NCBI GenBank assembly: GCA_030429545.1
Contig: JAUIFF010000001.1
Coordinates: 147,599-211,598, forward strand
Length of the DNA stretch: 64,000 nucleotides
DNA from: Polyangia bacterium
Lineage (GTDB): Bacteria; Myxococcota_A; Polyangia; Nannocystales; Nannocystaceae
Reading direction: 5' to 3'
Shown here: one piece after another, positions 57,848-64,000 of the stretch
Numbering within the stretch: position 1 is the stretch's first letter
Layout of the letters: each line of letters begins with the position of its first letter
Program-made: the position numbers and the translations under genes
Notes under the pieces: model-generated
Told to the model about the DNA's origin: nothing
The model's input: only the letters and a program-made list of their open reading frames with translations
Database searches by the model: none

Positions 57848-59275
57848 ATGGATGCAAATACACCTGTTACCGATGATGTGTCGGCGTGGATCCAGCCGAT
57901 TGGTGTTGACACTCCCGCCGGAGAAGATGCTCGTTATGGGGCTAGATTTGTCCATCTGCGTAGTTTGATCTCGCAGTTAGAAAGCCCAAGTGGTGAGCCT
58001 GTCGATTGGCATCTCGTAGCCGAACTTGCTGCTGGGATCCTCAAACACGAAGCGAAGGACCTACAGGCTGCCTGTTATCTCGCTATTGCCTGGGCTCGAA
58101 CGGATTCGACGGCAGGCCTATTACGCGGCCTGACATTGCTCGACCTCCTGACGAGAGCATATGCAGATGTCATGTTCCCGTCGCCAACTCGCTTGCGCCG
58201 GCGCGAGCGAATTATGGCTTGGTATGTCGGTGAGTTGGAGCGTTTGAGCACTGGGCAAGCCACCGAGCTAGGCGTGTGGGGCAGTCCGAGTCTCGAGATA
58301 CTTCCGCAGGTTTTTGAGCGCCTAGGGGTGCAGGGTCCGAGCCTTCGGGGTTTGCATCGAGCGCATGAGCGACGACGCGTGTCGCCCAAGCAGCCGCGAG
58401 AGGCTCCCAAACCAAAGCCCGCAGCACGACCTTCAAGCCCGTCAACTCAGCCGACTACAGTTGACGTGAGCACCTTCGAGGAACCGCGAAAAGCACATCT
58501 TGCGCTCAACCAAAAACTTGTCTCGATGAGTCACAGGTTACGTGCCGCCGATCCAAAGTGTCCAGCTGGTTACCAAGTGTTGTGCTTTGGACTTTGGAGT
58601 CACCTCTGTGCTGCAACACCAGCTGTCACTCGCCCGCTAGCAACTGCTCCACTCGATCGCCTGCTACAGTCACAAACGTGGCTCCCTCTCGTGGATGAGG
58701 CGGTTGCGAAGCTCGTACAGGCGCGTTTACAGCTTGAGTTTGCCGGCTACGCGGTTGTCGGTCTTGCGTCCCTCGGGGAGAGCTATCGAGACGCTGCTGC
58801 GGCGTTGACAATCGCAACAAAGTCTTTGTTGTTACACGTACCGGGCTTGCAGCAAAGTGCGGTCGAGCGTGCAACGAACCCGGAAGTTGTTCAATGGTTA
58901 ACCGACCTCACAACTGTTAAGTCTGCCGAGGAGGAGCACTCTTCCCCGAGCGAGGCGTCGCCAGTCGCACAGCCAACAAGCCCCCGCGAACGATTCCTCC
59001 ATTACCTCGACTTTGCCACCGACCTTGTCAATCGTGGCAAACTAGAGCACGGCGCCATGACGTACTATGGGCTTTGGCGCGAGGCGGAGGCAAAAAATCT
59101 CGTGCAGTGGGAGCCCGAACTTGTGGTGCGTTGCCTCCAAGGATACTTGGCAGCGTGTCGAACAAAAACGATTCACACGCGGGGGGAGCTCTCACGCGTG
59201 TACGAGCGACTTGCCCAACTGTCACCACAGATATTCGCCGCGCAGTCACCCGAAATTTTTCAGGTCGCCGGGTAA
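57848..59275 (+). CDS. tssA: T6SS protein TssA (ImpA N-terminal domain)
   Basis: 475 aa. ImpA_N pattern: WIQPIGVDTPAGEDARYGARFVHLRS...DWHLVAELAAGILKHEAKDLQAACYLAIAWART...GLLRGLTLLDLL. Confidence 0.85.
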   Translation: MDANTPVTDDVSAWIQPIGVDTPAGEDARYGARFVHLRSLISQLESPSGEPVDWHLVAELAAGILKHEAKDLQAACYLAIAWARTDSTAGLLRGLTLLDLLTRAYADVMFPSPTRLRRRERIMAWYVGELERLSTGQATELGVWGSPSLEILPQVFERLGVQGPSLRGLHRAHERRRVSPKQPREAPKPKPAARPSSPSTQPTTVDVSTFEEPRKAHLALNQKLVSMSHRLRAADPKCPAGYQVLCFGLWSHLCAATPAVTRPLATAPLDRLLQSQTWLPLVDEAVAKLVQARLQLEFAGYAVVGLASLGESYRDAAAALTIATKSLLLHVPGLQQSAVERATNPEVVQWLTDLTTVKSAEEEHSSPSEASPVAQPTSPRERFLHYLDFATDLVNRGKLEHGAMTYYGLWREAEAKNLVQWEPELVVRCLQGYLAACRTKTIHTRGELSRVYERLAQLSPQIFAAQSPEIFQVAG

Positions 59276-59336
59276 GTTGAGTAGGGCGTTTAGGCCAGGC
59301 GTTGCGTGGCAAATCGTTAGAGGAAGGTAGGTTTTT

Positions 59337-61640
59337 GTGAATAGCGTAAATACGATAGATTTAGTCGCATGGGAGATCGAGCTTCCGCAGCGCAAGCTCG
59401 TGCTGCACGTTCGAGCGGTAGAACTACAAGAGGGGGTGTCTGCTCCCTACCGCGCAAGGGTCGAGTGTATTCAGGTCAGTGGCGAAGACCTCGGCGCCGC
59501 GGCGAACGAGCAAGAGTTTGAGCTACTCGGCGAGAACGTGTTTCTCACGCGTACACGCGGAAACCTTCGTCAAGGGTTTAGTGGAATCATCGTTGGTTTT
59601 ACGACCCTCGGAGTCACCCCGGGCCATCACAAAGATGGATCGTGTCCGGTGGTCCAACTCGAAATTGGCCCCGCGATGGTTCAGCTGCAGCATCGGCAAC
59701 ACTCACGGGTGTTCCAGGGACAGTCTTTGGTCGATATCGCCACACAGGTGCTGCAGGAGGGTCTTGATCCGTTTGCACGGGAGGTCGAGTGTTCACTTGC
59801 AGGCTCGTTTCCAAGGCGTGAAATGGTGGTGCAGTACGAGGAGTCGGACCTCGCTTTTGTCGAGCGTTTGCTCGACGAAGCCGGCGTCGACTACTTTTTT
59901 AAGCACCCTCCCGGGGAACCAGAAAAACTCGTGTTGGTGGATGCTCTCGGCAACGATGGCGAGGTAGCGACACTCGCGGGGTCCGGAAAGCTCGTGGTGG
60001 CAGGCGAGGATGCTGTTCGTAACTTAGTCGAAGGTGTATTTACACTAAAGCTCGCGCGTCAGGCCGTGCCAGAACGGATCGAGGTACGCGGGCGCGATTG
60101 GACGCGTCCCGATTACACCATCACGGGGGAGGCCGGCAAGCAGTCCGGCCACCACACGCGTTACTTGCACGACGGGCGTGTATCCCCCGGGCAGTACGGC
60201 GACGGCTCGACCTATAGCAGTGACGAAGCCAGCACGCGTGCCAGTATTGAGTTTGCCCAAAGCACCGCCAGTGGCATTGTTTTGGTGGGCGAGTCGAATG
60301 CGATTGGGCTGGTGCCCGGCCAACGCATCGAGGTGCTCGGACATCAATACGATGGGTTGGATGCAACCTATATCGTCACGCAGGTTGAACACACTGCCCA
60401 GTGTCCCGTGGAGGAGCTCGATGTCGAAGGTGGAGCGGCAGACTACACCAATCGGTTCAAGTGCGTCCCACTCGGGGCCCACTGGTCGCGGCCGCACCGG
60501 AGCCGGCCGGTCATCATGAGTATCCAAACTGCGACGGTCGTCGGCCCTGAGGGCGAAGAAATCCACACGGACGAGCACGGAAGGGTCCAGGTCCGGTTTC
60601 ACTGGGACCAGGCTGCGGGCCTACCCAACAACCAATACTCCGCGTGGATTCGCGTGGCGCAGGCGTGGTCTGGGGCAGGCTTTGGCGCTGTGTTTGTGCC
60701 ACGAGTTGGTACCGAAGTTGTGGTCAGTTTTATCAACGGCGATCCCGATCGTCCCCTCGTTACCGGGTGTGTCTATCACACCGCGTCACCGATGCCCGTC
60801 GATATGCCCGCCAAGAAGTCGCAATCTGTCATACGGACCCGCTCCACACCGGGGAGCCGCGGTTACAACGAATTGCGCTTTGAAGATGCGGCGGGGGCTG
60901 AGAAAATTTCCATGCATGCACAACGAAATCTCTGCGAGGTTGTCGGTAACGAACATGAAACCAGGGTTCGCGGAGAGCAGCGTAATTTCGTCGACAAGGC
61001 GCAGAAAGTGGTTGTTGGTGCCAGCCAAAGCATCCAGGTCGAGGGCCACCGTCAGTTGACCGTGGGAGCTGGGGAAGAGGTCATGATTAAGGGTGGGCGC
61101 GTCAGCGAGGTGGAGCAGACAGATTTTTTGCACGTCGCTGGTGCACGTCGCACGGTCGTAACCGAGGGCGAACAGCACTTCGTGGGCGGGATTTTTAACC
61201 AGGTGGTCGACGGCCCTCGTCACGACGAGGTCACCGGCATATACAACATGCAAGTGAACGAAGAGGGGGTCTTAAACTGCAAAGGGGGGTGGGAGACCGT
61301 AAGTCCCAAGATCGTGCAACTCGCCTGCCGTGAGAGAGATGGTGAGGGCCCGACACTTTCCCTCCAACCCAAACACGCAGCCCTCACGGTTGGTCAATCG
61401 GGGACGACCATCCAGCACTCCGGAGTTGTCGAAGTTGTTGCCTCAAAACGGTTATCTTTGGTGTGTGGGAGCGCCCGGATCGACATGTCTGAGGACGGTA
61501 CAATCGAGTTGTCGGAATCGAAGTCGGGAACATCGAGGATTCTCCTGCGGCCGGGCACAGTCCAAACGCAGTCGCTCAACCTGAAATCTGAGGCGATGAA
61601 TACCAACTCGATACAGGGCACGGTGGTACGAATCAATTAG
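59337..61640 (+). CDS. vgrG: T6SS spike protein VgrG (TssI)
   Basis: GTG start with GAGGAAGG RBS. 767 aa. gp27-like N-terminal half and gp5-like beta-helix with WSGAGFGAVFVPRVGTEVVVSFINGDPDRPLVTGCVYH. No obvious C-terminal effector domain. Confidence 0.85.
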   Translation: MNSVNTIDLVAWEIELPQRKLVLHVRAVELQEGVSAPYRARVECIQVSGEDLGAAANEQEFELLGENVFLTRTRGNLRQGFSGIIVGFTTLGVTPGHHKDGSCPVVQLEIGPAMVQLQHRQHSRVFQGQSLVDIATQVLQEGLDPFAREVECSLAGSFPRREMVVQYEESDLAFVERLLDEAGVDYFFKHPPGEPEKLVLVDALGNDGEVATLAGSGKLVVAGEDAVRNLVEGVFTLKLARQAVPERIEVRGRDWTRPDYTITGEAGKQSGHHTRYLHDGRVSPGQYGDGSTYSSDEASTRASIEFAQSTASGIVLVGESNAIGLVPGQRIEVLGHQYDGLDATYIVTQVEHTAQCPVEELDVEGGAADYTNRFKCVPLGAHWSRPHRSRPVIMSIQTATVVGPEGEEIHTDEHGRVQVRFHWDQAAGLPNNQYSAWIRVAQAWSGAGFGAVFVPRVGTEVVVSFINGDPDRPLVTGCVYHTASPMPVDMPAKKSQSVIRTRSTPGSRGYNELRFEDAAGAEKISMHAQRNLCEVVGNEHETRVRGEQRNFVDKAQKVVVGASQSIQVEGHRQLTVGAGEEVMIKGGRVSEVEQTDFLHVAGARRTVVTEGEQHFVGGIFNQVVDGPRHDEVTGIYNMQVNEEGVLNCKGGWETVSPKIVQLACRERDGEGPTLSLQPKHAALTVGQSGTTIQHSGVVEVVASKRLSLVCGSARIDMSEDGTIELSESKSGTSRILLRPGTVQTQSLNLKSEAMNTNSIQGTVVRIN

Positions 61641-61691
61641 CGAGGTTTTGTTGGGTACGTTTCGTTAGACAGAAGTAGGTGGCAGGTACAG

Positions 61692-62633
61692 ATGAAAGTT
61701 GTTGATTGTTTGCAACTCCACGAAGAACTTGTGGGTTTTGTCGAGCGCGGCTCCGACTGGATGCTCCTCCTCGATACTCCCGGGCCGGTGTACCGACCGG
61801 TATACGGACTACTGCGTGCAGTAAGTGAGCGCAACCCGGCGGACCTGCTCATGTCGTTTCCGGTGCCATTTTCGTCGCCCGAGCAGTTTGCCGAGGGGTG
61901 CCTCGCGGTCGCGCTCCGCTACCTACAGCAGCTCGTTGGGTTTACGGCGGAGGTCCCTGAACACACCGGTTGCCCGGTCACTGTCCTCAACCGGCTGGCC
62001 CACGACGTACAAGCTCAAATGCCACAATCGCCAGATCGTCGGCTGACGTTTGCGCTGATTCCCCCAGAAATTGCTGATACAACGAAGTGGGAAAATCTCG
62101 CTGCCCAACTGACGCCCCAGTTGTGTGCGGGGGCACCAGCCTTTGGCTGGATTGTGCGAGTAACCGAAGGCGCGCTTGCGAGTACCGCTGCCCCCGGCGT
62201 ACTGTCGCTTGGGGTAACACTTCCAACCCGCGTGGCGAAGACGCCAAAAACGGCGGAGGAGCGAGTCATGTACGGACTTTTGGCGGCCAAGCAGGCGTTG
62301 GCCCAAAAAGACTACAAACGGGCTTTGGCCTGGTGCGGGGGGCTCGAGCGGCATCCACTGGTCCAGCAGCGTGCGGCGCTGCTGAGTCAGGTTTTGATGT
62401 GCGAAGGAGATGCCCTGCGGCACACAGACTGGAAAGCCGCGCACCGTCGCTACCAGTTGGCGTTCGCAGCCGCGAGTAGCTGTCCACAAGGAGGGTATTT
62501 GTCAGGGGTGGCGATGTCTTCGCTGGCTGTTAGCGGGAAGATCGTCAATGACCCACTGACCTCTATGTATGTACAAAATGCCAAGGCGTTTCAGCAGTGG
62601 TCGCGGGGAGGTGACGAAAGCAACGGAGGCTAG
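61692..62633 (+). CDS. Hypothetical protein immediately downstream of vgrG (candidate T6SS adaptor/effector-associated protein)
   Basis: 313 aa. Good codon bias. Helical/TPR-like C-terminal region (KDYKRALAWCGGLERHPLVQQRAALLSQVLMCEG). No recognised domain. Confidence 0.5.
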   Translation: MKVVDCLQLHEELVGFVERGSDWMLLLDTPGPVYRPVYGLLRAVSERNPADLLMSFPVPFSSPEQFAEGCLAVALRYLQQLVGFTAEVPEHTGCPVTVLNRLAHDVQAQMPQSPDRRLTFALIPPEIADTTKWENLAAQLTPQLCAGAPAFGWIVRVTEGALASTAAPGVLSLGVTLPTRVAKTPKTAEERVMYGLLAAKQALAQKDYKRALAWCGGLERHPLVQQRAALLSQVLMCEGDALRHTDWKAAHRRYQLAFAAASSCPQGGYLSGVAMSSLAVSGKIVNDPLTSMYVQNAKAFQQWSRGGDESNGG

Positions 62634-62677
62634 AGAAGAGCGTAGGTAGGTTCCGCTCGCCGGTCTGCCGAACGACT

Positions 62678-62910
62678 TCGTAAAGGTAGAGACGCCGTTC
62701 GTACCTCAAGCCGGACCAGGGACAAGACGGCGGGAGCATAAGGTTTCGGCGAGAGAACAAGTGGGCAGGAGATTCGACTGCCTAGATCTTCTCGGTTATC
62801 GTAAAGGTAGAGACGCCGTTCGTACTTCAACTGGACCAGGGACAAGACGGCGGGAGCATAAGGTTTGGCGAGAGAGCAAGTGTCGATTGCCTAGACCCTC
62901 TCGGTTATTC
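62678..62910. repeat. Two tandem ~117-bp noncoding direct repeats
   Basis: cgtaaaggtagagacgccgttcgtac(c/t)tcaa...ggaccagggacaagacggcgggagcataaggttt(c)ggcgagaga(a/g)caagtg...tgcctaga...tctcggttat occurs twice, at ~62685 and ~62802. Confidence 0.8.
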
Positions 62911-62954
62911 CGGGGTTTGAAGTCCGACGCCTTGACGTGCAGTATACTTAGCCA

Positions 62955-63236
62955 ATGTACCGCCGCACAACCGCTCTCGGAATTGCTGCGGCGGTCACAC
63001 TCGGGACAGCCTGTTCGCGAGAAAAACCGCCTGCAACCCCGCCGGATGAACCCAAGGTGTTCGAGGGATTTCCCGGCGAGGATGCAATGAAAGCTCGTGA
63101 AGCAGAGCCTTCTCCTTCGTCTTCAGGCGGTGGGCCCCGGGTTCGTTGCCTGCTTGAAGCAGATAGCGACAACTGCAAGTACACAGGGCAACCAGAGGAG
63201 CTAGCGACCGGGGCGAACGAGCGTCGGTCGGAGTAA
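62955..63236 (+). CDS. Small putative lipoprotein (93 aa)
   Basis: MYRRTTALGIAAAVTLGTAC (lipobox), then a Pro/Glu-rich region and a Cys pair. Weak support. Confidence 0.35.
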   Translation: MYRRTTALGIAAAVTLGTACSREKPPATPPDEPKVFEGFPGEDAMKAREAEPSPSSSGGGPRVRCLLEADSDNCKYTGQPEELATGANERRSE

Positions 63237-63391
63237 CGTTCTCCTCCTTCAGCCAGGTAACGCTGCCTTTTGCGAAATCCCGGGTTCGTTGACTGCTTGA
63301 AGTTGATAGCTGCTCCTGTAAGGAGTGATTGAGAAAGCTGGTCCCTTGAATCCGAGTCCTGCTGCTGGGTGATGTAGTAGACACGCAGTGT

Positions 63392-64000
63392 CTACGGGTC
63401 TCGGATCAACAAGTGGCCCAACGCGTATTTGTTGTCGCCTTTGAGGGGGCGAACCCAGACCTCGTCGACATCTGTCCCAACTTCTCCAGGGAGATCGATT
63501 GTGTATACAGCTAGGCCGTTCACGCGTTTTTTGGGCCCGACCTCGGTTCGGCTGACGTCGTTTTGACGGTGGCGAAAAACAAGCTCGTAGCGGTCGCCGG
63601 AATCGAGTGAGACTTCGAGTTGGGTGCCCTTTGGGGCTCCTTGCAGGGCGATTTTGAGGCCAATACCGTCGCGTATGTGTCGGGTGCAGTCGCTCCACGA
63701 CGAACCCTCCACCCGTGGCCTTGCACTGGCTTGGCTGTAACTCATGGTTGCTGGCGGTGGGGGTTTTTTTCGGCGGCTGGCGGAGATGCGGGGGGCGCTT
63801 GCCCAACGCTTGAGTTCGTCGCGGTAGGCCTCAAGATTTTCGGCGGTGAGGGTTCGGCCGAAGTCCTTGGGGACGTCGACGCTGGGGTCGTCGAGGACCC
63901 GGGCGAGAAGTAAATCGGCTGTCGCCCGGTGTAGGTGGTTTTCGTCGCGAAAGTTGGCACGCATCGATGTCACCGAATTCGGGTCGAGAAAGGTTGTAAC
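63392..64000 (-). CDS. Hypothetical protein, partial (N-terminus beyond the window end)
   Basis: The minus-strand frame stays open to the window edge upstream of the track's Met at 63973. C-terminal beta-rich region (GTQLEVSLDSGDRYELVF...AVYTIDLPGEVGTDVDEVWVRPLKGDNKYALGHLLI). Confidence 0.4.
   Translation of the reverse strand, partial: VTTFLDPNSVTSMRANFRDENHLHRATADLLLARVLDDPSVDVPKDFGRTLTAENLEAYRDELKRWASAPRISASRRKKPPPPATMSYSQASARPRVEGSSWSDCTRHIRDGIGLKIALQGAPKGTQLEVSLDSGDRYELVFRHRQNDVSRTEVGPKKRVNGLAVYTIDLPGEVGTDVDEVWVRPLKGDNKYALGHLLIRDP

Overview
64 kb of a high-GC (~65-68%) bacterial chromosome. Gene content points to Myxococcota (myxobacteria): Myxococcus-type CGDG/CDDGN cysteine-rich repeats, lamin-tail-domain lipoproteins, many lipoproteins, and dense two-component and ECF sigma signalling. 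Left to right: (1) a truncated radical-SAM maturase operon with two translationally coupled small proteins; (2) a parA-parB partition locus preceded by a lamin-tail lipoprotein; (3) lon and dnaK; (4) a class D (OXA-like) beta-lactamase lipoprotein and several secreted or membrane proteins; (5) a GAF-sensor kinase / tryptophanase-like lyase / single-domain response regulator operon; (6) a patatin phospholipase and the Sua5/TsaC t6A enzyme; (7) an ECF sigma / anti-sigma / Cys-rich lipoprotein module and a Myxo-Cys-repeat lipoprotein; (8) topA with an unusual N-terminal Lys-rich AKKT-repeat tail; (9) a repeat-dense zone (36.2-42.1 kb) with four separate tandem-repeat arrays, two of them duplicating the 3' ends of genes (topA and a cupin gene); (10) a near-complete type VI secretion system (T6SS) in two divergent operons. 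Operon one is hcp-tssE-tssF-tssG-tagH(FHA). Operon two is tssJ-tssK-tssL-tssM-tagF-tssB-tssC-tssA-vgrG. No clpV/tssH, ppkA/pppA or PAAR gene lies in the window, and the TagH/FHA protein has an atypical repeat + TM + large C-terminal domain. No rRNA, tRNA, CRISPR array or recognisable transposase/integrase was seen. Starts were refined by hand from signal peptides and RBSs; the ORF track often uses TTG/GTG pseudo-starts.
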